Positions 37,749 through 50,799 of a stretch of DNA of 64,000 nucleotides are shown here, piece after piece. A program made the translations under genes and the position numbers. The stretch is taken from NCBI GenBank assembly GCA_900088475.1, contig FLMG01000355.1, positions 310,001-374,000 on the forward strand. Direction: 5' to 3'. This DNA comes from Hyphochytrium catenoides. Taxonomy: Eukaryota > Protista > Hyphochytriomycota. Numbering within the stretch: position 1 is the first letter of the stretch; the number at the start of each line of letters is the position of its first letter. Below the pieces are notes generated by a model, which was not told the origin of the DNA, did not search any database, and saw only the letters and a list, made by a program, of their open reading frames with translations.

Positions 37749-38480
37749 ATGACGGAGATGAAATGCAGATATCGGACGGGAAAGTGCAGCAATACACGAG
37801 CCGTCAAGCAGGACGGAACGCTGCACAACTTGTGCGAAGCACATAGACAAAAAGCTAATGAGAGTCAGAGAAAGCTGGACAGAAAGAAACAGGCAGCAAA
37901 GAACATGCTCCGTTCTCCTCCCTCTCCAGTGAAGAGCTCAGTGCAGCGGTACTCCCCTTATGATCAGAACAAAAGGATAAAACTTTCCAATGAGACGACT
38001 GCAAAGGCCGTCACTTCGAACCCAACATCCACGGTGAAGAAAGAGTCAACACCCCATACTACCAAGCGCGCAAGCTCTATTGTTGCGGCTTCACCTCAGA
38101 AGGAGAATCACATCAAGCCAGCTCTTCACACATCTCAACAGGCTCCTACCAGTAAACCTTTTGCTCACACCAGGAAGGACACGATTCTCACCTCGCGAGG
38201 ACGGACTGACCTAATGGTCCGTACGCTGCCTGACGAGAAGTCAATGGTCCTCAACTCTGTGGCCCCAACTTATATCCCAGTTGTCAGTCCTGAAAACGCA
38301 GCAGACTTTAAGATTGACCGCTTCTTCAACGATGGCGTTTTTAGCTCCAGTACATCTCATTCTTCTCCAACCAGTGTCACTGCAACTCTCTCGGCACGTG
38401 ACCTGGCAGTTATGGATAAGCTGGACTTCTGCTCAGATGATGGATGGGACATTCTGATGTCGGATCCTCTTCTTCTTTAG
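37749..38480 (+). CDS. Oomycete-type C-x6-C-x15-C-x2-H zinc-binding plus basic helix protein, putative transcription factor (intronless)
   Basis: N-terminal CRYRTGKCSNTRAVKQDGTLHNLCEAHRQKANESQRKLDRKK, a motif I recall from an expanded family of oomycete hypothetical proteins. S/T/P-rich tail with an acidic-hydrophobic end. Confidence 0.8.
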   Translation: MTEMKCRYRTGKCSNTRAVKQDGTLHNLCEAHRQKANESQRKLDRKKQAAKNMLRSPPSPVKSSVQRYSPYDQNKRIKLSNETTAKAVTSNPTSTVKKESTPHTTKRASSIVAASPQKENHIKPALHTSQQAPTSKPFAHTRKDTILTSRGRTDLMVRTLPDEKSMVLNSVAPTYIPVVSPENAADFKIDRFFNDGVFSSSTSHSSPTSVTATLSARDLAVMDKLDFCSDDGWDILMSDPLLL

Positions 38481-38769
38481 GTTACTTTCAAAAGGTGTAC
38501 AAGAACTTGTTTCATAGAAGGATGATGGTGAGTCCGTCGAGGTCCCGTTTGCAGAATGCCATGTGGTGCCATAGAGAAGATTGCGGCCTTGGAGTAGGGT
38601 GGCGGCGCTGTGAATATGATGTGAAGTTTGCTAGTCCTCCCTAGATGTAGTCATAAATAGTCCCCTGTGTTTTATAAACCTTAACTTAACGATCCTTTAT
38701 CTATTGCTGCTCGTTGCGAATGGCACTGCTGTGATATGTATGAGCCCCAAAAGACCAGTGGTGCGAGAC

Positions 38770-39520
38770 TGTTGAAGGTTATTTTGAGTCAGGCATCCGG
38801 ACTTCTTACGTCCTTTCAGAGGCATTCGAATAAACATTATGGTCGATAATGAACTCTGGTTGACCTACGACTCCCACAGTTGAAATCCCTATAAAGTTCT
38901 CCTACTACCAACGTGGTTGCCATCATAAACGATCATGAGGTACAGACACCAAGCTTGACAACAAGAGACTTAGACTCCACTGCTCGACAGAAGTTACACA
39001 TCTCATACACACTATCATTCTTTTGCATCCACAAAGTCCTTAAAGTGCATGAGGATGATGAGAGTAAGGTCCTAATGCTTCTTCCTACCCGATCTTATAG
39101 CTGCCGGTTCGTATGTCTGCCTCGAGGCACATGCCTATCTTGTCTGGCTTTTCACCTTCATCTTCCTTGCGATTGAGCGGGCGGTGTGCTCATCAACAAA
39201 CCAACGTAAGAACCTGCTACTGCTGCTGCTCAAGCAACCCCGCCAACAAGCTAGCGCCGCACCACAGTCTTCCACTGATGACATCTCCAATGACAGAGAG
39301 GACATACAATACAGTAGCAAGGTAGTTGAGGTTCCTGGGGGATAACTCAAGCAGCGGAATGTCACGAAGGTATTTGACTGAATCCAGTATTAGTCTCAAG
39401 TTAGCGTTCATATTCGTTATACAAGGTAGATGCAGCTTACACCAGCTTCTGAATAACCCCAGAAATAGCCTCGGTATTCCTTTATATCCTCTTCTATATC
39501 CGTGATCCAAACTTCAACCT
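38770..39520 (-). CDS. Possible small multi-exon gene of unknown function; boundaries not resolved
   Basis: Exon-like segments bounded by cag/gtaag: VEVWITDIEEDIKEYRGYFWGYSEAG, SNTFVTFRCLSYPPG, RFLRWFVDEHTARSIARKMK and DLTLIILMHFKDFVDAKRMI. Confidence 0.3.
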
Positions 39521-39927
39521 GCAGGACAAAGAGCCAAGCTTCACAAGCTTTGCCGCCAAGCTTTTTCCTTCTGGAACTTCCGTCTGACGAAGGGACATGA
39601 AGACTGGGATCGCGCCTTTCAGCCTTCTCGAGACAGCCTTCAGGTCTCGTCAGGCCTTGCTTTTTATTCTTCTCCCTTCAGGATCTTCTTTCTCTGCATC
39701 TCCGTACCGTGCTTCCTCCTCCTCGCCACTCGTCAGCTGATTGTTCTTGAGAGCTGTTTACTTTGCTGGCAACCGTTACTTGTAGCTTCCTACGGCCTTT
39801 TGAGCTGACCTGGATAGCGCATTAACATCGGTTCTCGGTCCTCGAGATCCCTGTTCTTTCTCCTCGTTGTTGGCTCCTTTGGGCTCTGGGTCTCATTGGC
39901 GTAACAGACTTCTTCATAACGGAGAGT

Positions 39928-42734
39928 ATGAAGGCCATGTCGTTCTGTAACATGCCTCTATTCAGTATCGGCGTCGTGCTGTTCGCAGGGCTACTGCCGC
40001 CGCCCTGTATGGGTGGGAGCTCGCCCTTGGACGTGCAATCAAGCTTGGCGGAGGTCCGCATTGAGCCTCCTAACGGCATGGTTGAAGACTTTCTTTTTGA
40101 CAAAACAGCGCTTGAGCTCCCTGACCAAGAGCCGTCAGACGGTTTTTCGCCAAATAGTGAAGAAGCATTTCACGAGTGGCTCCGAGCAGGAGGCTTCGCC
40201 TTTCAGGTATCGATAGCGCCAGGCACAGCATCGTTTCTGCGGTAGATACTTAGCTAACAACTGTAACAGTCCATTGCGCGATTGACTGAAATGCAGGAAG
40301 GACGAGGACGAGGCATGGTCACCACGGGGCCTATTGCTAAAGGAAGCCCTATCTTTGTGTTGCCATTATCACTAGCAATGAGCAAACGCACCGCCAAACA
40401 ATCCGGACTCAAGCCTTTCCTAGATGTTAACCCGGCGCTTTCGGAGCAGGCAGTGATGAGCCTTCACCTGCTTTATGAGAAGTCCTTAGGAAATGCTTCC
40501 GGTTGGGCCCCCTATATGGGGCAGCTTCTGGGAAGAGAGGATCTTCACTCTACTATCATGTGGACAGAGGTAGACAGGCTTGATTATCGGAACGTCATCA
40601 AACTTTGCTTACAACTGCCTTGCTCTGGATATTGCCCCTTCTACACTGTTACGAATTATTGTTATGCGCCCTCAAATTGTCCGTCGATGCTGTCTGTAGG
40701 AGGAGCTTGAGGAGCTAGCAGGCACACATCTGTATGATGCGACGATTGCTAGAAAGCATGCTCTTGACCGGACCTTCGAGCTGCTGGAACGGCCAATGAC
40801 CATGACAATTCAAGAACTAGGAGGTAACAAGAAACTTGCGTTTCTTAAGGCCCTAAGGTGTACTTGCGTTTCCTAAGGGCATTAGGTGTAGACATTTGTA
40901 GGGTCTTTACCTCTTCTCGCGTCCTTGAGCTCGCATATTCCAAAGACCCTTTGAAACACCATGCTCCTCGTAGTCACAATTATTATGCTAACCCTATCCC
41001 TGTGTGAAGGGTCATTCTTTTCTCCGGGAGAGTTTACCAAAGACAAATTCTACTGGGCTGCAGCCACAATTTGGTGCGACTATGAGCAAGGCATAGTACC
41101 ATTGACAGTTTTGGTTACCTCTTATGTTTGATCGTTGTCCTATGGGGTTCCGGCACCATGCATGTCCTCAAACTCTGGACGAGTGTGTCTAGTGACGTTT
41201 ACTTGCTTGGAAGGAATGAATCCTTCTTCCATCCTCACCTAACCTTTCTCTTACTGCTTACAGGGCCTTTAGCACAAACCTTAATTTTGATGATGGGAAA
41301 GTTGAGCTGATGTTGATCCCACTCTTGGACTCGCTCTGGCACAGAAGTGGAGAGCTGGTATAGTGGCCGGAAAGATTCTTCCTTTGCGTCCGCTTCTCCC
41401 TTCTCTCAGCTCTAGCTCTGCTGGAATATTGGCTAATCAAAGTCCTCTCAGTAACTCCTTAGCTTGCTTCCACTTTCTCTCAAGAACTAATACGCAGTGA
41501 AGTTCCTTCTTGCGTTCCTTGCCTTGTCGTGGTTTGCTGTTACGCTTGTTCATCTTCTGGCAAATCGCACGACGCTCATACTCGCCATTAAGCTTTGCTG
41601 ACGCTCTCCCCCGCGGTAGAATGGCCTCGTCCTCCATGAACAAAGCAACAATATCACGTTCTACGCAGCGCGGAACTATCAAGGCTCAGAACCGGTACAC
41701 CTAATTGACGTGCTCTTTTCGCTCACAACCTTCGAAAGCAGATATCCATTGGGAATCCCATTGAGCACAGTTCGAGAGGATTAACCTTGCTAATTAACCT
41801 ATTCTCAGCTCTTCATCAACCTTGGAACACTCTCTGGCTCAGGGAAGCTTCTGCGATATGGTTTGCCACTGCATCGGGATGACCCAGAGATGTTGGCCCT
41901 TGAGAGTTCTGTCAAGGACAGACCAGAGCTAAAGAATATTTGGGTCAAGCATCACTTACAAGAGTAAGAGCTAGGCTACAATGTTCATCCTAACCCTGAT
42001 TCCATCGTCCTACCCAACCTGTCCTGACACTGGTCCCATTCTCTCTGTAGAGCTGATGTCACTATCAGGATGACTAATGGGACCATCAGCATTCCTGACG
42101 CCATCTTCACTGCTTATCGTATGAAGGTGAGACGGGCACTCTACATCCCTTCAGCTGCGGCCCAATGTAACAAGACTACTCCCGATCTAACCTTCCCCCA
42201 TTTCTTGTTTCGTTCCCTCAGGCCCTCCTGCCAGAAGAGATAGAAAAGTATGAGGAAAGCGACTTTTCCAGCGGCTTCAGGTACCGATGACCGCCTTCTC
42301 CCCGTGCCAAGAGTGGGTTAGAAAGGAACTGAACTCCAATCTTATTTTAGTGTGGAGGTTGAAGTGAGAATGCTACGAACCCTTTCAAAGAAGATTCAGA
42401 ACAAACTCAGCCTTATAAAGGGCTCACAGCCGGAGGTACTCATGTACTCAATAGACCAAACGATTGGTTCCCTATAAGAACTGTGTATCTTCGTCCCATC
42501 TTTGATATCCATTTACATGGTCGGCCCGCCCTCATCTGCTTCAGTTCCTAGCTTACAGCCATTCTTCACTCTTGTGTTTAGGACCTTGAGCTCCTGGCGT
42601 CAAAGGACAATCTGCCTTACCGCAAGCGGCAGGCCATCAGCTATCGGACAAGGGAGAGACAGCTTTATCTCGCTCTGAAGGAAAAAGTCCAGACCTTATG
42701 GGCTGACATTCTAGAGAGCGATTTGCCTCTCTGA
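39928..42734 (+). CDS. SET-domain protein of the SETD3/Rubisco-LSMT class with hydrophobic N-terminal leader; catalytic motifs altered
   Basis: AFHEWLRAGG, GRGRGMVTTGPIAKGSPIFVLP, LHLLYEK...SGWAPY, WTEEEL.ELAGT, F.WAAATIW, LIPLLDSLWH, LFINLG...KLLRYG and an LSMT substrate-binding-like tail EDLELL...RKRQAISYR..E. About 10 exons. Confidence 0.85.
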
Positions 42735-42811
42735 CTGCAAAGGGTCCAGTAGTTCGTCCTCTGTCTGCGTTGTAGCCTGTTAATTTGACTTCTCCTTTTG
42801 CTTTCCTCTCC

Positions 42812-45800
42812 TCATTCAAAGCAATAAAGCTGCAGAGCCTTCTCACACGCCTTAAAGGTGGCGTTTTGTTTACTCCCTCCCTTTCCCCTAGCCACCAACC
42901 GCCGCCTGATAAAGAGTCCCACAGTGAACTGTCTATTGTGAGGTGGGCCTGTAGTTTCCAGCACCTCAAACCTAGAACAAGCAACGTTAGCGAAGCTCAT
43001 TCGTGCTCCGATGCTACTAGCTGCGACGACTCCTCCATTCTCCTCGCCATTCGCTTCAGTATACAATTTATCCTAAAATTCACCCTTCCTTGACTCTGCA
43101 CTGGCACTACCTACGCTGCCCGCTAGTTACCCCTGCCCAATCAGTATGTACCATAGTTTAAGGTTGGCGTCTTCTCCGTTGGCGCTATTGACCGAGTCGA
43201 ACAGCCTGGTCTTCGAGTCCAGCCACTCCTTCGACACAATGGCCTGTGATAGCAAGACTGAGATTAGGAATACGCACTGGGAGGCTCCAAAAGCCAAAGC
43301 AAGCACTTTCCCACCTTTCGTATCCGTGGGTAGAGCACTTTTCTGGAGAATTTTTCTACCGCTCCAAGTCCCTGTGCAGATGGAGAGGACAATTAGTCAT
43401 AAGAATCGGAAGAGAGACTCACCAGCTCCCGGAACTAAACTCGTTGTCTTCTACTACGGCTCATGGTGCTGTAATGACCGCCGAGCGCTGTTGGCTTTCA
43501 CTTATATCTTGGTGCAGTGCTCAAGTTGCGCCCCTTTGCACTCTAACCTCCTCCTCTATTTTCTCTCAGGCCCCAAACTACGCACTCACCTGGTCTATGT
43601 ATAGCGCCGCCAAGAATGACTCGAAAGCGTCCGAGAGCATTCCTTGCCTCGCCTTCGTGTCTTCTTCTAGTACTGCTGACGGGTTGTACCTGATGTAAGG
43701 CACGAGTCCGATAGCGCTTGTGATAGCAGCCAGGCGGTTGTTATTAACCAAGGCCGAACGGAGGAGAGTGAGATGGTTCTCTTGGTGAACAGGGAAATGA
43801 TCGTACAGGAATCTAGAAGATGAAGCGGACATGAAAGAACAGTCAGAGCTCTTTTCATCCTCGACTTCTCTACTCTACTCCTATTTCGGTAAGCCCCGCG
43901 GCGGCCTATACGTTCCAGGTCTTACTACTGTCATCCATAGCATGCCTACTTAGCACTTCACGTTCTCAAGTTGGCACACGGCGCTGTCTACTATGGTATC
44001 CCTGTCGCGAGCACCTGGAGATTATAAGCTGCAGGACCGCGTCGCCCAAGAACTCCAAGCGCTGGTTTTGTCCCAGGCCCATCACATCAGACTCAACAAC
44101 GAAGTTTGGGTGAGTGAGGCTTTGTATCAAGAGTCGCGGGCTATTGAACTTGATCCCAACATCTTGCTCAAAGGTCCGGTACCTTTCACGATACAGAGCC
44201 AGATCAGACCCATTCAAAGAGGCCAGCGAAGGGTAGGGGCACCTATATGAGGGAAAGGAATGACAAGAACCCATGGCTTGCAAAGAAAGGTCGTCCAGAA
44301 AGCAGCTACAGTATAACTCCAGAGTAGCTGAACCCAAGGATCAGGATGTAAAGAGACCACAGGGTTGGACAGCGATCATGGCATGCATACCTTTCATAAG
44401 CTAGAGAGCTCCTAACTTCCTCTTCATCTTTATGCATTCCGGCTCGAATGGTCTTCAGTTCCTCGTTAGACAGCCATATAGACCGGAGATCAGGCTCCTG
44501 GGAAAAGAGAAGATCACCGTATAGTTTTCTGCAAGCAGCCAGCCCCTGAGATCCAGATAATTAGAGTTAGACACTTTCTGCCAGTCAATGCCACGGGCTG
44601 CATCAAAGACGTCACACTTTTGAGAGCAAGATGAAAGAAACCGCCGTTACATGTCGAAATGACGGTACCACGGAGACTTCCAGCACGCAGAACGTCGAAG
44701 GGACGACGACAAACAAAGCTTACCTGGTCTAAAAATAGGGCTCCAGCCAGCGCCTCTACGCAGTCCGCAAGCAGGTTCTGCTTATCAAACTTTGACATTC
44801 TATCAGATCGGAGTGAGCAGAGAACGTAGTCCTGGAACCTGAATCGGAGAGCGATATCGCATAAAATCTCGTTGTTGACAATCCCTGAGAGAGGAGACGG
44901 GTGTTTGGTTGGAAGAAGAGGGGGGAGGGGAAGAGGGGAGGAGAGTAAGCAAGCAGGAAGGACTCAGCCGGCTTAACTTCTGCAATCGACAAGCACAAAA
45001 AGCGAGTGCGGAAATGCCTGGCGGATCTGAGAACATGGCGTGGGCGAACGGGGTAGCGCGGACGTAGATGTATAGCATCAGCATGGATAGACTATATGAC
45101 GTATGGGTACGGAGGAGGCCTGCTCGTGCTGCCCTACCAGCCCTAAACCGTGTAAGCCCTCCTTCTTGTTCTTCAGGAAGGTGAAAGTAGAGGGAAGTAG
45201 AGGTGATTAGCTCTATCACGGCGTCCCCTAAGAACTCTAGGCGCTGATTGTGCCCATCGAAGGACCAACGGAGATTGGATGAAGTCCAGCGGAGTGCCAC
45301 CCGCGAATCTTCCTGATAGGTTGCCTGCACCCCTCGGGCCTGCGCACATTCTATGTAAGGAACTAGAGAAAGGAAATAGCTTCCCTCTCATAAAGCTAAG
45401 GCAAGGAGATAGCCGTAACCTCATGTGAGTTCCTCTTCCGCTGCCGCCTACCCTAGTGTCCGTACATGGGCCCTCTTAGTGCTTTCCTCGTTTCGTCACT
45501 TTGTGGCTAACTTTGCACCCCTAATGACTAGAGTGTTGACCGCTACGCCGACCACCACCACTTATGATTTCCTGACTTGGGGCTTTATTCGCACCTTCTG
45601 TTTTTCAGTTTCTAGTACATCTCTTTCCATGGTGTGCATCAACCGAGCTCTTTTGGATGTCCCTTCTGAGTCCTTGCCCTGAAGCAACAGCAGTGCAGCT
45701 TGGGCGCTGTCCATACTATCCAATTCGTTCTCCGCAACGGCCTAAACAACGTTGAATATCAGACAAGACCTAAGAGAAGAGGTTTCCTACAATGCAGATG

Positions 45801-48800
45801 ATAGTCTCTATTTAACCCTATACCTTCTCAGCCTGAGGGTAGCGGTGTCCGACCCTCACAAGCGCTTTTTGGCCCTCGGGGGTGTTCAGGGACTGCATGC
45901 CTGTTGGGGCCGTTAGTGAATCCGAAAGAATGAAGAGGAAGCACGAGGAATCTTTGATTGAGGGACTAGGCTTAAATGGAAAGAGAAAGGGAGACGAGAG
46001 AAGAATGGTGGAGTGACACGGGGACGCAGAAATAACAATGCACCACCATTTAATTTGAGCATGTCGGAGCTAAGAAGACAGAGGCACCACTGCGCACCGA
46101 GTAGAGAGAAATGTGAATAATGGGAGAAGAGGAAGGTTGCGGAAGGAGGCAGGATAGGGCCAAGTACTCTTGAGTCACGACGACGTGAGGGAGCTGCTTA
46201 GAGGAGGTTTGGATTGGCAAGTTTTAAGAGAATGTGAAATGACAGCAATGTATGCGCACCAGCATCCACATAGGAAGGATGAGTGAACGCTTGTCTAAGC
46301 AGTGCCTTGTTTTTGAAGGTGACACCAATCTTCGCTTCTAGCTTTATGAAGTCTGTGAAGTTTCGGACGTAACGAAGTATAATAGGCAGAACCCCAGCCA
46401 TCTACGCAGAGCAACAAATGGAAGGGCGGATAAGAAGAAGGTTACGAAGAAGTCAGAGAGAGCATGCTCACGGACGGGCCCATTGAGGCTCATTCACGTT
46501 TAGCATCGAGAGACGCGGGACAGACGAACCACTTCAAGGAGAGGAGGCTGTACAGAAAGGACGGTGTAGTCCAAGTTATGGAACAAAGTATAGAAAAGAA
46601 GCGCTCCGACACACTACCTCGGTTATATCGGTTCGGAGGCCCGTAAGGAAGCAAATTTCGCTAAGGAAACATTTTGAGCTTGCTTCTCCTTGGTCAGCAT
46701 CAGGCTGTCGCTGATCTTCCGCCATCTTCCAGATCTGTTTACCCATAAAGTACCCCTTGCAGCCTCGAATCTGCAACTGAACGAGAAATAGAGCATGAGA
46801 TCACNNNNNNNNNTCAGTACTTCTTCAGCACAACTGAGCCCTTTGCCTTGTGGGCAAATGTTTCCAGAGGGATCAGTTTTGTACTGAAGAAGAGAATAGT
46901 CAACATTTGTACCAATCGTCCTTCTTCTCTCTCTCTCTCTCTTTTTTGGATAGACCTACAATTTTCTGACTAGGAAGCACCTCATCAACTCGGAAGAATT
47001 TCTCTGTGACGAAGAAAGGGTCGGGATTAGCTACGCTCAACTCAAGGACAGATGCAATGCACCCCAAAATGGGTAAAAAGGTTGACAGAGTCTGCGGCCT
47101 ACAGTTAAGATCATATGTTGTCCAACTTCTTACTCAGATATGGGGCCGTCAACACCTGGTCTACAAGGTTCTCGCCATTGTTGATTGCATCCAGCGCTGT
47201 AACGGACTGACGGGCCTTCAGAGCTCTGTGGGAACCAAAATATAAACAACGGGCAGAAAAAAGAGGCAATTGACATATTGAAGAAACTTGATATCGGAAA
47301 AGACCCGAACAACGAAGCGAGGAGGCGGATCACAAGCACAGTGAACGTATGTCACATACTTAAAACTTATCGCTCCGAGCACAAAGCACTGAAAGGGAGA
47401 TAAGGGTTGCGAAGGTAGGGACCCCGCTATGCATGTTCAGAACAGAGGCAAGATAATTCTGAGCTTACTCAACGACAGCCTTAAGAGAAAGGTGTGGTGA
47501 TGTCCCTAGACCGCATTGCGTGGCCGTAGGCAGCTTGGTCGGATCCTCCTTCTACACGTAACGTGAGCGAATAATCGTTAGAAAATGACCGCAAGTTTTT
47601 GGAAAAATTGGAGGATATGGTGAAGCCGAAAGACCACAGCTAGTGATAGATACAGGCAAGGACTGAGGCTTCCCTCCCTACCGTTGGGTCTATGAAGCGA
47701 GGGTAGAGGTAAAATTCGCAGAGGTCAGCAGGAAGACCGTTAAGAATGACGCTCCGAAACCCGCAAATGGATTGCCCTGCCAAAGCTAGCTTAGAAGAAC
47801 GTCCAGAGGCCTAGGGCTGCGCTGCCCGAATATTCCTCTGCATCGACTCTGACAAGATGTCTCTTGGTGCTCCTCTGACTCGCTCTTCCGCTAGTTAGTA
47901 TCTTTGGTTCCGAGGGCTCCTCTAACCGCTCTAAGTCTGGTCGGACTCTCTTGGCGCTAGCTAACAGCAAGTTGCCCGCTTCTCTTCCTTTGTACTCTAT
48001 TGCTCTCTTCAATACATTCGTCAAGTCCCTTGGGCAACATCATTCTCTATACACCCAGCATACCGATATCCAGCACATCTTCCAGCAGCATCTTCGAGAA
48101 CGCTCCTAGCTCCTCTTCATAGTGGCCTCTTTCTCCCTTGACCAAGTACGCCTCTAGTAAGCTGGCCACATCCTCTGGAACGGGCTCTGGCTCGAAGGTG
48201 ACAGACTGCATCACTCTATCTCGAACGAACTCCAGCTAGTAATGGAGTGAAGAGAAACATCAAAAATTGTCAACCCCGCAGACGTTCATTGCAAGACAAG
48301 AAGCAGATTGATAAAGCATAATGAGACAGAGTCTTGAGCTATCTATTTTGATGAGGTAGCATTGAGCGTACGTACCAGAGGGACGGCGGGCAACTCGCCA
48401 AGGCGAATGACGAGGAACCCGTCAAACACGAAGTCATTACCATTAACACTAAGCGTCGTCGGGCCTTGGAAGCGAGGTGGCGTGTCTGTCAACAGCGAAG
48501 GTTTAGACTTGTGTCGGTACGCCTATTTTCGTTCTTTCTTCCCTCCGATGCAATGTTCTACCTAAGTCGTCTACTTCTTTGAAAGTGGCAACTCCTTCCC
48601 GTTATACTGCTCCCATTTATTCCTTTCCAACCCTTCAGCAGTATGCCCTGCTGCTTGGCTTCCCCTGGGCACTCTTGGGGTAGCACTTCCTCCATAGATT
48701 TCTCACCAGGATCAATTTTCCATGTCATCCTTAGACAATGTAATTTGCCTATATCTTCCAGCTTTTCGATTTGAAGGTTCTCTACAGCGGCATAAGTCAG

Positions 48801-50216
48801 AAGGGCACCAAAGTGGTTGAACAAGGGCCTTACCTGGAGGGGGCGAAGCGTTTTTCTTCTCACCTGCAGGGAGCCAGACAAAGCTTCTTTAGCACACGAT
48901 GAAAAGAGTAGGACGAATGAAGAAGATCATTGGGTGATAACGTTAGGGACTAGGATGGAGGGGAGACATGTAGGAGGAGGAATGAAGAAGGTCATTGGGT
49001 GATAACGTCAGGGACTAGGATGAAGGGGAAACATGTAGGCACAATAACTAAAGAGTCATGTGGCTTACTGGGTTCATTTCGCGCTGCGGCCGCTGGACTG
49101 CTCCAGTGTCTGTTGGTATCTTTCTTCCGGAAGTTCGTTGGGGTATCCCCACCTAGAAAACATTCGCTTCGTTGTAAGTGGTCCAGAGATTTGAAGGAGA
49201 AGCTAACGGAATGAGAATGAAAGAAGGTCCCTACCTCCACGACTAGACCGGCGCTCCTGTCCACCCCGGTATCTATCAGAAGAGCTCCTTCTCTCAGAAC
49301 GCTGATAGTCCCCTTCATCGATCGCTAGATAGATTGATAGACCACCGGTAGCGGGTGTAGCAAGGTTCACGATAAGTCGAGGGGAGGAGAGAAGAAGGTG
49401 GTGCGGTGAGGCGAAGAAGATCAAGTTGGACGAAAGGATCGAAGCAAACTACTCTCCCCCCGTGATATAGTAGAACGACTGAAAGAAAAATACACTAGAC
49501 ACTAGAGGGATCCACTGCACGTTCAGAGAGAGGCATGGAGAGGGAGAGCTGACATAGAGAGGTCGGCCTTCTGAATCAGGTTGTGCACCTTTACCTTCTC
49601 GGGGTCGTTTCCTTTTGACAGCATCGGCCTTGAAGGGTGTCTCTTCACGGGATGCGTGTCTGGGACTATCTAACCTGTAACTCTTATCAGTGCGAGAAGA
49701 GTAGTAAACGCCACAGCCCTGGTCCTCTCTCAGCGTGTCTTGTTGCTGATCGGATGTCACTCTATAATCATGCCAAGTTGTCTGATTACCATGCCCTTGG
49801 TTGGTTACAAGTGGATAGACTTGTGAGTGCGGCGAGTTCTCCCGAGCATATTGGACGTTTTGTCGGTAGGCCGCAGGTGACTGGTAAGAAGAAGGAGGAG
49901 GATATGTGGAATGCTGCGGATAGGGAGTCAGCATGTCATACTCCATTGAGGGAGGAGACTGGGTTGATACCCCGGCCCCATCAGGTCTTTGCTGATAATA
50001 GTGCCAAGAAGCCATGCTCTCCGATTGAGGGTATGAGTAATATGCAGGGTGGATGTGTGACTGTGGCTGAGCTTCTTGGTGGCCACCGTGATAAGAATCT
50101 CTTGCAGCACCAGGAGACACCTCTTGACCAGCGGAAGGACTCTGATGGTGGCTGCTGGCGTTCCGTTGGTAAGAAGACCGACCTAGGTTTCGGCTTATCT
50201 GACCAGGTGGTGACAT
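42812..50216 (-). CDS. DROSHA: Drosha-type class 2 RNase III (N-terminal P/S/Q/Y and RS-rich region, central domain, two RNase III domains, dsRBD); oomycete DCL2-like
   Basis: Central-domain matches: [36 protein letters not shown]...[22 protein letters not shown]. RIIIDa: [24 protein letters not shown]...[18 protein letters not shown]...EGGLTRFR...[14 protein letters not shown]. RIIIDb: [14 protein letters not shown]...[16 protein letters not shown]...[14 protein letters not shown]. dsRBD: [13 protein letters not shown]...G.G.SKQ.A. No helicase domain. Confidence 0.93.
48919..49039. repeat. ~65-bp imperfect direct tandem duplication in a Drosha intron
   Basis: gaagaag.tcattgggtgataacgt.agggactaggatg...acatgtagg occurs twice. 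Confidence 0.85.
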
Positions 50217-50799
50217 GCCTCCCCGTCCGTAACTACTATCTGTTTCACAAAAGTTTCCTTTCGTGGGCTTCTTATATTGTGCTTGGCATCCAGTTCTCAC
50301 GATGCGTTGAAGCTATAAACTGTCAAGAAGCGCCCTCATACTGGGAGTTAGGGCTGCTCAAAACGTCCGCCAAAGAGAAGTAAAGATGTGATATATCTCC
50401 AGATTGTGCTCTTTCTCTTCCGCCTCATTGGCCCAGGCAAGGGAGGGAGCTCAGCCTAAGACGTTCTTATCTGCCTCTTCGACCTGCTTTCCTTACCTTT
50501 GTCAGCCTACCATCTCACTCTGTCTGTCACTCTGTCTTGGACTCTCTGGCTCCTTCAACCAATCAAGAAAACCTCCTCCATCTTCTGATGCACTCCACTT
50601 TTTCTGGCTCTCTCTCTGCCTTTAACCCCTCCATCCGAAAATGACCCCTCCTGTCTGAAAATACCACCAGTTACACTTCATGCCCCCTAATTCAATACGA
50701 GTAGACTGATGACATACATGCATTTGCCCCTGGATTGTCGTACCTAAGCCAAGGGCCTACGAGAACAAATGTGGGGTTCCGAAAATATAAGGTCTGGTG

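Noticed and set aside
49637-50383. 248-aa plus-strand ORF
   Set aside because: Antisense to the low-complexity first exon of Drosha; no motifs.
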